DNA of 63,651 nucleotides, filler included, from Reticulomyxa filosa (Eukaryota > Protista > Foraminifera): NCBI GenBank assembly GCA_000512085.1. It is 15 parts of 15 records of this genome, joined end to end, with 100 filler letters (N's around TTAATTAATTAA, not from the genome) between each part and the next. Parts side by side here need not be neighbours in the genome. Positions count along the whole stretch, not along the records: positions 1 to 8,609 come from ASPP01005514.1; positions 8,710 to 13,146 come from ASPP01037943.1; 13 more parts are not named here. One strand, given 5' to 3'. The notes below the pieces were generated by a model that worked only from the letters and a program-made list of their open reading frames with translations, did no database searches and was not told the DNA's origin. How positions within the stretch are numbered: the stretch's first letter is position 1; each line of letters starts with the position of its first letter. Made by a program: the position numbers and the translations under genes. This document shows positions 1 to 12,541 of the stretch, in pieces.

Positions 1-15
1 AAAAAAAAAAAAAAG

Positions 16-1158
16 GTGTTAGAGTTGAGCAATCAACTGGCTCAATTGAATTTAGATATTAATGTGATGAAGCAACAAAATAATGAAAGCAGATATTCGC
101 GTGAATCAATTAAATGAGACATTTTCAACACAATCCAACCAACTCCAAAGTTGTAATGAAGCAAGAGACCACCTGAAACGTCAATTTTCAGAGCTACAAA
201 GTCTCGTACAAAACCTCCGTTTTGAAAACAGCCAATTAGTAGTCACCAATAAGTCTGTGCAACAAATGTGCAACGAGCTGAAAGACAAAATGGAACAACT
301 CCAACAAAACTCTGTTTCTCTGTACAAATACCAGCAAATGGATGAAAAGACTTCCAAATTGTCTAAAGAATTAGACGAATGCTATGTCACGATCGAAAGA
401 CTTTCACTGCAATTGGATAATGTCAAAGCGCAAATTGCAAATCTTTCCACCACTACAGTGCCTGTAGATTCATTTGAAGATGTAAATCAACAGCTGAGCA
501 TTTCTAGCATTTGTTTATCGAAAAATAAAAAAAATTGTTCTCATTCCTTGTAGCGTGTATAAATAACTCTTTTTTTTTGGTTTGATTATAACTGTCATAC
601 AATGCAGAGTAACTAAACTTGAATCCGAAAACAGAGTCTTAACATGTCAATCTAATCGGATTGAGAAAGAAAATGAAAAACTTTGCAGGCAGGTTAGTAC
701 TTTAAAAAATTCTTTGAATGAAAGTATTTGTGATCAAAATGCACTTCGTGAGCAAATCGAATCATTACGAGATTCCATGAACACCTTGAGTTCCTCCAAC
801 CACGTCTTAGAACAAGAAAAACTCACTTTCAAAAAAAAATATAATAAAATTAAAAAATCCTTGGATAAGTTACATTCGATGGCAGACATCAACAACGAAC
901 TAATTCGTTCCAATCAATTGTTGAGACAAGAGATATCCAAACTCGTATGCGTCTAATTCTCTAAATTATCTCTGCCCTTTTTCTTTTTTTACATTAATCC
1001 TCATAAATAGTTACTCAAAATGTCACTTCACATAGGTCAACCAAGAACCTGTCACTTTCACACGAAAATGTGGAAATGAAAAATGTAATAATAGACAAGG
1101 CACTTTTTTAAAAATTGACCAAAAAACTTTAACACATTTAAGAAAAACTTGTAATTGA
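16..1158 (+). CDS. Coiled-coil protein, 3' portion (multi-exon, 5' partial)
   Basis: ORFs 83-553 and 582-956 are heptad-like and rich in Q/E/L/K/N. There is an A-run/AG acceptor at the contig start. A donor GTATGC after KL and an acceptor CATAG at ~1036 give a last exon. Exact boundaries are uncertain. Confidence 0.6.
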
Positions 1159-1508
1159 TTTCAAAATCTTTTTATTTTCTTTATTGCCACAACTAAAGTA
1201 AATAGTTCAATATATCCAAATTCATCTTCGTAGGTTTTTATGACTTTCTCAGACTTACTGCATACAGACGCAACTAGTTTTTGCGCAAATTTTAATTGCT
1301 TGAATTTGCACGTTTAATGAAAACAGTTCGTTTTTATATGTTTGTGAATTAAACGTAAAAGAAGATCAAAAAATGCACAAAATTGATAAAATGATCGGTT
1401 ACCTTTATTTAAGACACACTTTATCAAACCAAGTATACACACCAAAAGAAAGGACAAACTTCACCAAAAAAGATTTGCTTTCAAAACGTAAAAACAGCCA
1501 AAAAAAAT

Positions 1509-3165
1509 TTAATGGTTAGACTGGGGTTTACTCCAATCAAAACAAATTCCAGGAAAAATGTCCAATTCGTATAGAATAAGGCTGGACGGGCTCAATTTAG
1601 ACAGTAGAACCAAAGAGCAAGAATCATACAGATAAATAATGTGCCCGGCACCTTTAGGAAATGTAGTTTGCACGATATCATCCAACAAGAAAGTTTGAAT
1701 ATTCTTCATATCCGGCTCTTTTTCGTAAGGAATTTTCATCGCACTGTTGGCTTGTTTATGAAAAGAAAGAGCAAAAGGATTTTTTCAAGATATTAAAACA
1801 AAACAAAAAATTTGTGTATTGTATAAGTATACCCATAAGAGCAATCAGAGAGCTGGAAATTTCATCAAAATAGAAAAGCTGAATGGATCGATTGAGACGC
1901 ATATTTAGTTCTTGAGGGCCTGTGAATAAAGGCAGCGTAGAAAACTTTCCGCTTTTCGAACCACAGAAAAATTGGCCTGCTCTTGTCATCGCAAGAATCG
2001 TCTCGTTTTGTGCATCAAAATACGCACCAATGCAAGTAGACGCCGATAACAACATTTGCGAAGTCGCAGTTTCCCAATTACCTTGCCAAACTGAATTGGC
2101 ATAAGGTAGTAATTCGTCTCCCTTCCATTTCTCATCCTTACTTTTTTTTTCTAAGCCATCGTCTTCAATTTCTGAAGTTTGCGTTTCTTTAAGCCACTCT
2201 CTCCTGCGCAGCTCAATTTCAAATACCTTTTACAATTTTTTTTTATGTGTTCACGTATAGTTTTGTTGTAAATCACACGTTTGGATAAATTTATACAAAT
2301 GATGAATTTTGGTTTTAATTTTGTTTTGCTTGCTTATGCTGTGCCATTTCTTTATTATTGCTGTTCTCATCACTTTCTCTCTTTTTTCTCAATACAATAA
2401 ACTAGGTGTTAACTGCTGGCTTAGTCGTCAAGACGTATACTTTATTTTCTTGTGCCCATATCAGTACGACATGAGAAATATTGTCTTGCGGTCCTAACAA
2501 ACGCACTGAATTGTACGATCTGGTGTCATCCGTATCTTTGGACTTTTGGTTCGTTTTTTTTCTTTGATTTGCTCTTGGATAAATGAATTGGTATGATTGA
2601 AAAATAATCCTTCGTTTGTGACGTATACACAATATGCAATATTCGCTTTTTGACAATGCTGCAACACGACACCTGATGCCACTGATTGTGGAATTTCATT
2701 ATTTCCAGTTCCTGGGAAAATTATACACTCAGAATGCAATTCCCAACCAAACTTATGTGTTAACAAAAACGGGTGGTGCATATGCTTTGATATATCAAAA
2801 AAGTTTTTTCGATCAGCTATCGCACAGATAGGCAATGGCAACTTTAAATCGTACTTGTGACTGCCTCCTCTTATATTGTCTTCTCGTATAAAATGAACTG
2901 GGAAAATGTCACCAATTGACATTAAAAGTATATCAACACCATGTAAATTGTGGGTAACTTGGCGAGAGATATTAATTCGGCGATCAAAACCCATGTACGT
3001 TTGGATCAGTACGGTCAAAAATTCCAACAAAAAGGCTGGGTTCATCACCCGTGGATTTTGTTGTGCAAGTAGCCCCACCAATTGTTCATAATCTCCTCCT
3101 TCTTCGTCTTCAGCGTTCCTGTCTGAAAATTTTTTCAACAACCGCTCGTATCTTGATTCAGACAT
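1509..3165 (-). CDS. Uncharacterised protein, probably one spliced gene
   Basis: ORFs 2494-3165, 2402-2656, 1756-2055 and 1509-1739 can be joined by GT-AG introns (e.g. ATG G|GTATAC...ACAAG|CC) plus two 1-nt shifts in A-runs (~2560 and ~2130). No family was recognised. Confidence 0.5.
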
Positions 3166-3445
3166 CTATCACAAAGGGGTTTCACAAAGTTTTTTTTTTA
3201 AACTTTTAACTGTGAAAGTAGTGTTTGTTGTTGCAGAAATTTCACTTTTTTTCCTGGCTAAAAAACATTCTAGTAATAATTTGTTTGACTGAAAATTAAA
3301 AATGTTTTGAGCAGTTTTTAGGAAGTGTTTGCAAAATGGTTTCTAACACCCAGAGTTCCACTTGAAAAGAAAACAATTAAAGCGAAAAACAATAAACAGG
3401 CACACTTCTCAAATTTTAATCATTTAGGGGGAGGTAAATATTGGT

Positions 3446-3461
3446 GGTGTTGAAAAACACC
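3446..3461 (-). promoter_or_regulatory. Histone mRNA 3' stem-loop (SLBP-type)
   Basis: The minus strand reads GGTGTT-TTTC-AACACC followed by ACCAA, 30 nt after the H3 stop. The 6-bp stem opening with GG, 4-nt UUUC loop and ACC(C/A)A flank match the known consensus geometry. Confidence 0.85.
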
Positions 3462-3491
3462 TGGAAAACTAACTTTCCTCCACAAAGTAGT

Positions 3492-3899
3492 TTACTTGTC
3501 GCCTCTCAATCTACGGGCAAGGGCTACATCTTTAGACATAATTGTCACTCGTTTTGCATGAATTGCTGCCAAGTTAGTATCTTCAAATAAGGAGACCATG
3601 TATGCCTCAGTTGCTTCTTGAAGAGCTTGAATGGCGCTTCCTTGGAAACGGAGATCTTGTTGATACTCTTGAGCAATTTCACGTACCAAACGTTGAAATG
3701 GGAGTTTTCGAATCAACAATTCGGTAGATTTTTGATATCTTCTGATGTCACGTAATGCGACTGTTCCTGGACGGAAGCGGTGAGGCTTTTTAATTCCACC
3801 GGTCGCTGGGGCGGTCTTTCTGGCGGCTTTTGTTGCTAATTGTTTTCTTGGAGCTTTTCCTCCGGTTGATTTTCGCGCAGTTTGTTTCGTTCTTGCCAT
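3492..3899 (-). CDS. H3: Histone H3 (divergent variant), intronless
   Basis: It has the [27 protein letters not shown] tail and a complete histone fold ([20 protein letters not shown]...[10 protein letters not shown]). Confidence 0.98.
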   Translation of the reverse strand: MARTKQTARKSTGGKAPRKQLATKAARKTAPATGGIKKPHRFRPGTVALRDIRRYQKSTELLIRKLPFQRLVREIAQEYQQDLRFQGSAIQALQEATEAYMVSLFEDTNLAAIHAKRVTIMSKDVALARRLRGDK

Positions 3900-5140
3900 T
3901 GCTTTTTTTTTTTGGAAGTTGTTGTTATAAAATGAAAACGAGGAAAGAAAGATGATTAAAAAAAAATATCAAAGAAGATCATAAAAGACGCTATTTACAA
4001 TAATAATATTATAAAAACTAGGATAGCAAATTTCATTGGACAATAATAAAAAGTGTCCTTTTTTATTTTTTTACAAATTTTTTGTTGGAAAAACTTTTAA
4101 AATCGGTTAGTTTAAAACAAAGCCGTGCTCTTTTTTTTGTGTAATATGAATTACACTTGGAAGTTTTTAGGGCTCTTTCTTATGTTTTGCCCCTTCAAAA
4201 AAAGTTCAATTAATTTCAATTGTAGTAAACTGATTACTATTGAATAAAAGATTAAATACATTCAACTGAACAATAATGCAGAAAAATATTAACTCTGGTA
4301 TCACACTTATGTCGAAAGTCCTCAAAATCTAACGTTGTTGACGTTTTCACGTGGGGCTGTTGTTACGCACTTATGTGCAAAACCAGTAAAGCAAGTGATG
4401 AACTGTTTGTGCAGAAATTTTTATTTGAATTGCTAAGTGTCATTGTCCGGAGATTGTCTTGTCCCAAAAATCTCCAAAATGGGCAACACGTGTCAATTTG
4501 CCATCATGTTACTCAGCCCACAAGAAATTTGTTTCGATAGGCTTGGATTGAATATTTTCAAGAGCCCATTTTCTTCGCATGTATACCACCATTATTGATT
4601 TTTTTTCGGAAATTGTTAAAATTTTAACTACTTACTCCTTCATCCATTGGAGCTCTTGTCATTAGTTTTTGTGACCTTTCTAAAAAAATCATTTTTATTG
4701 TGACATAAACCGTAAAACATCTTAACCCCATCAGATGTCAAGAAAATAAAATCTTTTATATGATAACGTTTTTTTAAAACAAGGTCTTTAACAAAATTTT
4801 CCAAGGAACTTGAACTGACAAAAATTATCAAGTTAGCACTTTTTTAAATCGTGGTTCATTTTTATGTAGTCTTTTTAATGTCAAGGGACCGTTGTTATTT
4901 CTATTATAACAAAATTGCTGACTGCTTAATGAAAGGTGGTGCCTCGTGGTCATGTTTGGTTGAAATTGTTGTGACGAATTGTATTTGTTCAACAATTGTA
5001 TTTATTTCAATAAAAAAAAAGGTATCCAGAAAGTTCAAAAAAGACGAAAACACAAAAACGACCCACAAAAAAGTCGAATCATGGATAGTATATTTAATTA
5101 AAAACGAATCCCCAGCGTCGATGTAATATCCATTGTCTCA

Positions 5141-5569
5141 TCAAAATTGGTTGTAGGCTGCAGAAGATTGATTGAGCCGGCGCCTCCATCGAATCGCCAC
5201 AAAGGTGAAATAAAAACCAAAGAAAAACCAAAGAAAGGCCGCTATCCAGCAATACACAATAAATGTTTCCCCTTTCTTTAAAAGGGCCCCAAAAATGTAG
5301 GCCGCAATGACCAGCAGGTGGGACAAAGGGGTACCGAGTGAATAAAGTCTGCTCTGTCGTTTTGCTCTTTCTTCGTTTACCAAGGTTGAGATCCAGCCAA
5401 TTATGCCAGAGAAAATAACAGGAAAGAACGCGACTATGCCAGGATCGAGATCTCCGTTGGAGACGTTGATGAACGCCCAAGCCCAAAAAGCACCGGCAAT
5501 AATAATCTGCGCCGTGCTTTGGTATCTTATGTGACGACTTATTACTTCAGTTGGTGTATCCGTGCCCAT
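5141..5569 (-). CDS. Small 4-TM membrane protein of unknown function
   Basis: Intronless ATG-to-TGA ORF of 142 aa with four hydrophobic segments and a basic juxtamembrane tail (RWRRR). Confidence 0.7.
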   Translation of the reverse strand: MGTDTPTEVISRHIRYQSTAQIIIAGAFWAWAFINVSNGDLDPGIVAFFPVIFSGIIGWISTLVNEERAKRQSRLYSLGTPLSHLLVIAAYIFGALLKKGETFIVYCWIAAFLWFFFGFYFTFVAIRWRRRLNQSSAAYNQF

Positions 5570-6115
5570 ATTATTTCGTTTTTTTCTTTTTGTTTGGGGG
5601 AATCGTGTTAAAAAATCGTTGTCCCTTTAGCAAAAAAGACAAGTTGTAAGAAATCAATAGTTTTTACTTTTTTTGAGTTTTAAAGTCTAAGTTAAGCGCT
5701 CTTAATTCAGTGGTATGTATCACATGTACCTAGAATAGTCCTTAGTTGTGGAATATTGTAGTAATTTAAGGAAAGAAAAAGTAATTTCAATAGGTTACTA
5801 GTGCAAAATATGCTATCACAAAGAAGTAAAATGAACGGCAAAAGGGTGCAATTGTTCCATCTCAAACGGAGAATTTAAACCAACAAAATGCCGATTGCTT
5901 AATCACAATCAAATCACTGAAGCTGTGCAAAAAAGAATGTTAGCTTTGCGTAACGAGTCTCTTTCATGCAAAAGACGTATGGAAAAGAAAAAAAAAATCA
6001 ATAAAAAATTCCATATCAAAACATTTCTGGTGTTGTGCACTGACAACCAAAACCTGTTGTTTTTGTTGTTGTTGTTGCCGTTGTAAGAGTGTTATCTTAT
6101 AGTTTTGTTGCTTCG

Positions 6116-7657
6116 TTATTTTTCATTTGTTGAACTTTTGGGCGGTAATGGTGGTATCTTGTTCGTATTTGTAATGGGCCAGTGTTTTTGTAAAAAAGGC
6201 AAGTGGTTCGTCACATTTTGTCGTATTTGGTGGGGATGGCTGTAAGCGCTGGCTTGTGCTTTCCCCATAGTTTTATTCGTAAGAGTCATGAAAGAAGGTT
6301 GATAGGACACGGATTGAACCACATTGGGGGCCATGTTGTTCAAACACATGTGGCCATTGTTCGCGTCTTCCGAAATGCCATCGGCACTGATTGCTTCGCC
6401 AGTCTCTCCTGAGCAACACGGTGGTAACTTTCTTGATTGAGTGATCGGGTAAGATTGTGTAAAGTGTTCTTTCAAATTTAACGCATAATTAGCTTCTACA
6501 TCTGACCATAAAAATGTGTAAGACAACCAATTTTTTATATTTTTAACAGTGTATAAAGCAAAGCAAAGACAGAGTAACACTTTCACCTTTTCCACGGATA
6601 TCAGGGGTCCCAAAGGGAGAGTCTGTTTCAAACAATGATAAGCCGGTATTGAAATTGGAGCTATGAACAATGTGATCATCGTCATTACTGGTATGATCAA
6701 TGCTGCTGACGTCATTTCCATGTCCACCTCGATTGGGAACAGAAGAAAATGACTGCTGCAGCGTGGGAATACCAAGAAATGGTCCTGTCGAACTGCCTTT
6801 GTCATTCGCCGAGGAGGAATACCTCATCGCCAAACCTTTTGTGTCAAAATTGTTCATAAAGCCAGAGTTATTGGTGTTGCCACCACTGCTACCGCTATTG
6901 CCATTGCTATTGCTATTGCTATTGCTATTGCTATTGCCATTGCTATTGTCACTCGGTTTGTGCGACGTTGTGCCGTCGTTTGTCGGATTACATGGCATAC
7001 CCTTGTAACATTGTGAACCTAATGCAAAAAAAATCAAAACATTACATATACATATATACATATATAGTCTTTATTTCGTGTGATAATACAGTAGTCATAT
7101 TACCTTGCACATTAAATGGATACTGTATTTTGGTGTTAAATCCTGGAAAGGAATTAGCAAATGGGGGCAATGTCCCAGTCTCGAGTGGGCCTGTACTGGC
7201 AAAGGGTGAAGTGAGTTGATTTGAATTGGTCGGGGACATAAAGCTGGTCAGCGAATTTTGAGAAAGCATCGGTGCGGTTTTGGGAAGGACTGAGGGCGGC
7301 TTGGTCGTTGACGTGTCTCCCAACGTGCTGTGGAAAGGATTAGCCATGACTGGAGGAGTTTGGAGAGTCTTGGGTCCACCGATCTTGCTGGTGGTCGGAA
7401 TGGAAGGCGATCGGTGTGTGCCTGCGCCCATTTTTTCAGGAGAAAAGTCGTTGGGATGCAAGCTGTGGCCATTGGCAGATTTCATGGTATGGTTGTTGGT
7501 GAAGCCGCCAAGAGCGCCATTCGACAGTTCGTTGTCGGTCGAAGGCATAGCAGACTGACCGGAAGGACGTAATCGTTGTTGCGGAGGTTTTGGGACTCTG
7601 CCTGGTCCACCTGCGGTAAGAAGTGGTGGAACATGCGACTGCGCGGACATGTGTTGC

Positions 7658-7703
<46 letters not shown>

Positions 7704-7889
7704 GCTGCTGGTAATACATTTTCTGATATTGTGACATTTGAGGATAAGGATACGACGACCACGGAAATCCTGGAGTCATATGCGACATCATTTGTTGTCG
7801 TTGCAAATCATATCCTTGAGAAAGAAGTTTTGAATTGTCTGATGTTTTATTGTTGTTATTGTTGTTATTGTTGTTATTGTTACTATTAC

Positions 7890-7929
<40 letters not shown>

Positions 7930-8609
7930 GTTGCTATTGTTATTAGTATTGTTGTTATTGTTGCCATTACTATTGCTATTGCTATTGTTGGAAGTCATTT
8001 GAGTGAGTGCAGTCGTGTCAAACGCGTTGGGCGCATTGCCCATATTTGCACTTGCGTTGTTCGTGGTGGAATGTCCCTGGCCGGCACTTGGGCCATAAAA
8101 AAAGAAGCATTTCCCAAAAAGCCTTTATTGGCAGAAAGCGCATTATTGGAAAACGTGGACGACGTCTGGCTATGATGTCCTCCATTCACATTGGCGCCGG
8201 CGTTGGCTGACGCCGTTGAAAAGGTAGAAAGTGCGTCTGCATTTGTGTGGAGGCCTGTGTTGCCGCCATTATTCATTGGCGCCATGGCCGAGGAGGCATT
8301 ATGTCCGAGATAGCCCCTGTTGTTAAGCAGCTGTTGTTGCAGCGCAGAGTGGTGATACCCTGAGTAAGACATCATGTTCTGCTGATGCTGTTGTCCAGTC
8401 CAGCCCATCGTGTTTCTCCCTCCATTCATACCCATATTTGCCGCCATTGCCAGTCGCATGTTCGGTGTGTTGTAGCGCATTTGTGCTTGGTACATGGAAG
8501 GCGTCGTCATCATATTCGACGCTGCGCCCTCTGTTCCGGACGTGTGCAGAGGAGTGTGGCCAGAGACAGATAATTTTTGAGCTTGTGCTTGTGCTTGTGC
8601 TTGTGCTTG
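6116..8609 (-). CDS. Low-complexity N/Q/G/S/M-rich (prion-like) protein, 5' partial, spliced
   Basis: ORFs 7995-8513, 7042-8043, 6543-7061 and 6116-6805 share this composition and contain poly-Asn and poly-Gln. There is an intron at ~7010-7100 and a 1-nt shift at a T7 run near 8100. It ends PPLPPKSSTNEK. Confidence 0.65.
7652..7709. repeat. (TTG)n/(CAA)n trinucleotide repeat encoding poly-Gln
   Basis: The tandem repeat is directly visible and lies in the coding frame of ORF 7042-8043. Confidence 0.95.
7847..7990. repeat. (ATT/GTT)n repeat encoding poly-Asn
   Basis: The tandem repeat is directly visible. Confidence 0.95.
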
Positions 8610-8709
8610 NNNNNNNNNNNNNNNNNNNNNNNNNNNNNNNNNNNNNNNNNNNNTTAATTAATTAANNNNNNNNNNNNNNNNNNNNNNNNNNNNNNNNNNN
8701 NNNNNNNNN
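8610..8709. other. Artificial contig spacer (44 N + TTAATTAATTAA + 44 N), first of 14
   Basis: The same 100-bp structure occurs at 8610-8709, 13147-13246, 19196-19295, 22673-22772, 26747-26846, 29343-29442, 33392-33491, 34556-34655, 36445-36544, 37919-38018, 43665-43764, 46427-46526, 58241-58340 and 62496-62595. The 12-mer gives stops in all six frames, a standard pseudomolecule linker. Confidence 0.99.
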
Positions 8710-9239
8710 TTCACTTTATTCACCATTTCATTCAGTGCCAAATGACATTGGATTCGCACTGTTATTTCATTCATCTTCACCTTGAAATTTTTTAATTGAT
8801 TGCAAAACAATCTTGTGCTGTCTCGATGGAGACCGATTTGTATCTGTATATGCAAATGTTGCGACTTGCCGTCATTTTTTGTTTTTTGGTTCTTTTTGTC
8901 TTTCACTCCGTTTTCGTGTTCATTTTCGTATCCTTCTTCGTCTGCTTCTGCTCCTTTTTTACTTGCGTTTCTTTCATGCATACGCTTTCTTGTCATTGTT
9001 ACTATTGTTTGTAACGCTTGTGCCGTGTTCAACTTATCCAGGCCGTTGATTTGCCTCTCGTTCAACACTTGCAACAATATCGTACGGTCCAAGTCTGCTT
9101 CTCGCAATAAAAGCTCGAAAACCAACTTCTCTTGGATCTCATCATAACGTTGTTGCGTTGAAGAACTCCGCAAATTTCCAGCAACTTGAGAAGAGGAAAA
9201 CGTACTATAAGTTTTTTTTAAAAAACAAAAGTTCTGCAT
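8710..9239 (-). CDS. Uncharacterised protein, 5' part (3' truncated by contig end)
   Basis: Open frame with a helical segment (ELLLREADLDRTILLQVLNERQI) followed by a charged linker; it runs into the gap. Confidence 0.45.
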
Positions 9240-9956
9240 TGTCCGCAGAAGTTAGCCATGCCAATTAGTAAAAAATACAAGCTTAACCAATTGTACTGCA
9301 GTTGTTTGTGCACAGTTTCAGTGCATGCGCTTTATGGAAACATCAGTTGAATTATTAACCTTAAACACATAAAGGAAAAAAAAACCAATCATCTTCCCCA
9401 GTTTGCAATATCAACAATGTACTGTCCTTTCTGTTCCACAACGTAGGCCTCCAAAGTTCCTACAACTGAACATAAAAAAAACTTTGTAATATACATTTTT
9501 CTTTTTGATTCTTTCAATTTTGATCTATGTTTTCTTTTCAAAACCATTCTCAAAAACGTACAAAGAAAAAAAGAAACTGTTTTATTATTTTCGATCTTTG
9601 ATGAAATATGACCTTATGACAAGAGCTCTGGCGAAAAATACTTTTACTGTCGGTTCAACTTAAATAAATTGGATGCAAATGTTATTGTTACTTGTCAAAG
9701 CAAAGTATCAAATGACGATTATATCAAAATCACTTTGCTTGGAGTGATAAAACAATATTTCATGGCAGTCACAAAACGGTAAATGCATAATTATCTTGAA
9801 AAACAAAAAAACAATGACGATAATGATGATTGGGCATCCAAAAAATATGACGAAACGTTGAGCAATTACTTTAAATTAGGCTTGAAAATGTGCTCTGTTA
9901 AAATTGAACAAGGGCTGTTGGTGTTGCTGATGTTATTGATATTGTTTTTATTTATT

Positions 9957-10250
9957 TCAGTCACTCGCTAACCACGCTCTGGTCCTTCGCCCATCAATGA
10001 TTTTTTCAGGATGTTCCAAGGCGTTATTAGCGCCTTGTACAGTTTTGAAAACGACAAAACCATAGCCTCTGCGTCACCGTTCGAGACAAAGCCACAGGGA
10101 GAAGCAGTCTTCCAATTCGCCATACTGCGAGTACACATTGACCAAGGTTTCATCGTTGGTGGTATATGACAGACTGCTCATAAAGATGCGTCTTTTTTCC
10201 AAGGGTTCCCCGACGCCGAAGACGCGAGTACATTGGCGAACGGGGTCACA
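9957..10250 (-). pseudogene. RRM RNA-binding domain with an in-frame TGA (missing from the ORF track)
   Basis: One frame reads KRRIFMSSLSYTTNDETLVNVYSQYGELEDCFSLWLCLER*RRGYGFVVFKTVQGANNALEHPEKIIDGRRTRAWLASD*. RNP2 (IFMSSL) and RNP1 (RGYGFVVF) are intact; the stop is at 10074-10076. Confidence 0.8.
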
Positions 10251-10640
10251 GAAGAGTTCGAGAAGGAAGGGAAGAAGATGAAGAACAGCGAGAAGGAGGA
10301 AAAAAATTGTATTATCTCACAAAACAAAAAATTTCAGCACGTGAACGGACTTTATGTGACACGTTTCTTGTGTACCTTAGAAAATTATGTATCATTTTCC
10401 CTCTTCACTACAATGAATGCCCAGTCAGTTGGGTGGATCCAGTAACCACAAATGGCAAAGTATCAAACAGAGCATCTCCACGTTTTGTAAAAATGCGAAG
10501 AAGATAGAGACATAAAATCTGATGAACTACATGGCTTTAAGATTTGTGTGCTGGATTTATCAAAAAAAAATGAACACCTTTTTTCTCAAAAGCTGTTCCA
10601 CCAAAATGAAAAGTTTAAAAAATGAACTATAAAAAATCAT

Positions 10641-12510
10641 TTACTTGAAAACACAGTACAAAATTGTAGCTACAATGCAAACGGTAAATACCATTGAAAC
10701 CACACAATAGCAATGGCAACTACAGGAACAACAGCAAAGAAATATAAAAGAAAGATGCTCCCAAAATTTAAGGACAATTTTTTCAAAACAATTAGGCGAG
10801 GAGGCTTGCATGAACTCTCCTTTCGAATTAATATACATTTTTGCTTTTTCATTTCGAATAAACCAATTGTAATGCGACAACGTTTTGTCCAAGTAGTTGA
10901 TAAGCCCAAACAAACCAATAACGTGTGTTATTAGTGAGACGAATAATTTCAATAACTTCCACTGTTTGTCGGTTTTTTGAACGCAACATGATGTTTCCGT
11001 TTCTGCAATGTCGCATGCAATGATCCTGTTCGTTCCACTGACTTGATCTGCGACATGTTGTTGAACACGTTGTAAACACTTATCCAACAAAGCAATACTT
11101 TCTTCCCAATACTTGTCCATTATTTCCTTTGTGTGATTTATTTTCACTTTTTCTTTGCTTTGTTTTCTCTTTTTTTTTTTTTTTATGTTTTAAAAAGTGG
11201 GAAAAAAAAATTTGACTTGTTGTGTAAAAGACTGCTTTTTTGGATAAGAAGAATCACAATGATTTGATTTGGGACCATTGAAATTATTTTGAGAAGGATT
11301 GTCTTGGAAACATTGTGTGAGAACATCTCGGAACATACGCTGTTCAAATTGAATATTTTCATGTTGGATCCATTTGGTAATGCAAGGATGATCAACACAA
11401 TATTTGACCCATAATCGATGCATAGCTTCGTGTTTCCACCACAGTTGTTGTTTGTTGGTTGGTTTGTCGCTTTCGTAATACAATTGATTTGTTGTGCTAG
11501 CACACGTTTCACGTTTGTGTGAGTTTTCAAAATATGGATCTTTTTTGTGCTGACGACTGATTGCGAGCATTGCAATATTGAGCACTTTCCACGGAAACAC
11601 ACGAGGGTATTTTACACTGCAAAAACACTGGTTTGAAATTGCTCAAACACAGAGTAGAAGTTGCAGTGACAAAGTTAATCACTTGATTGGTTTGTGGGCG
11701 AATCACCACAATCAATGATCCAGTGGTCGCCGTAGTTCGAATGGGACCATAGTTGTGATGCATACACACATCCAAACCAATCCATCCTCGATGACAAGGA
11801 TAGTCTCCCAATGAAAGTCCATATCTTTCTTCCATAAATTTTTCATACGTTTCTGTGAATTTCGATGGATCTACTGTTTCGTACGGTTGAGATGGGTCGC
11901 TTTTTTGTTCTTCTTCCTTGGATGAAGAGTCTGTTTGATTATAATAAAAAGTAGATGTGTCAAGTGATTCAAATCGATTTGTTTCAAATTTGTTTGGATT
12001 CATAAAGCTTCGGCATTCGTGACCTCGTAATACATACGAAGCTATTTGGCATGCAGTTATTGCATTTTCTTTTTGTAAATACTCTAATTTGCTTTTCACA
12101 ACATTACGACGATGTTTTCCCCAGCTCCAATATCTATTAATTTTTCATTTATATATACATACATGTCTATTATTATCATTATTATTATTACTGTTATCAC
12201 AGTCAAGTGATAGTAAATATATTGGAAATACCCTTCAACATAAGTTCCAAAATGATTTTGCATGTCCCAATCGGGTGAGTCCAAATCCAGTCTATTGTAT
12301 TCACAATAATCGGTCATATCTGGTGACACAATATCAAAAGGTGCCTTCAAACAATACACATTGGATATCACATGAATACCCGCTTGGTACTTTTTTGCAA
12401 CATACCATTGATCGACTGACTCCACAATCCAACATTCTTTGCTGTCTATACATTGCACACGATCATGCGTTTCCAAAATATCACAAATGCAATGAGTGAG
12501 AGAAAATAAA

Positions 12511-12541
<31 letters not shown>

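Noticed and set aside
8654-8665. TTAATTAATTAA recurring 14 times as a possible biological repeat or CRISPR-like array
   Set aside because: It is always centred in 88 Ns with fixed geometry, so it is an assembly linker with six-frame stops.
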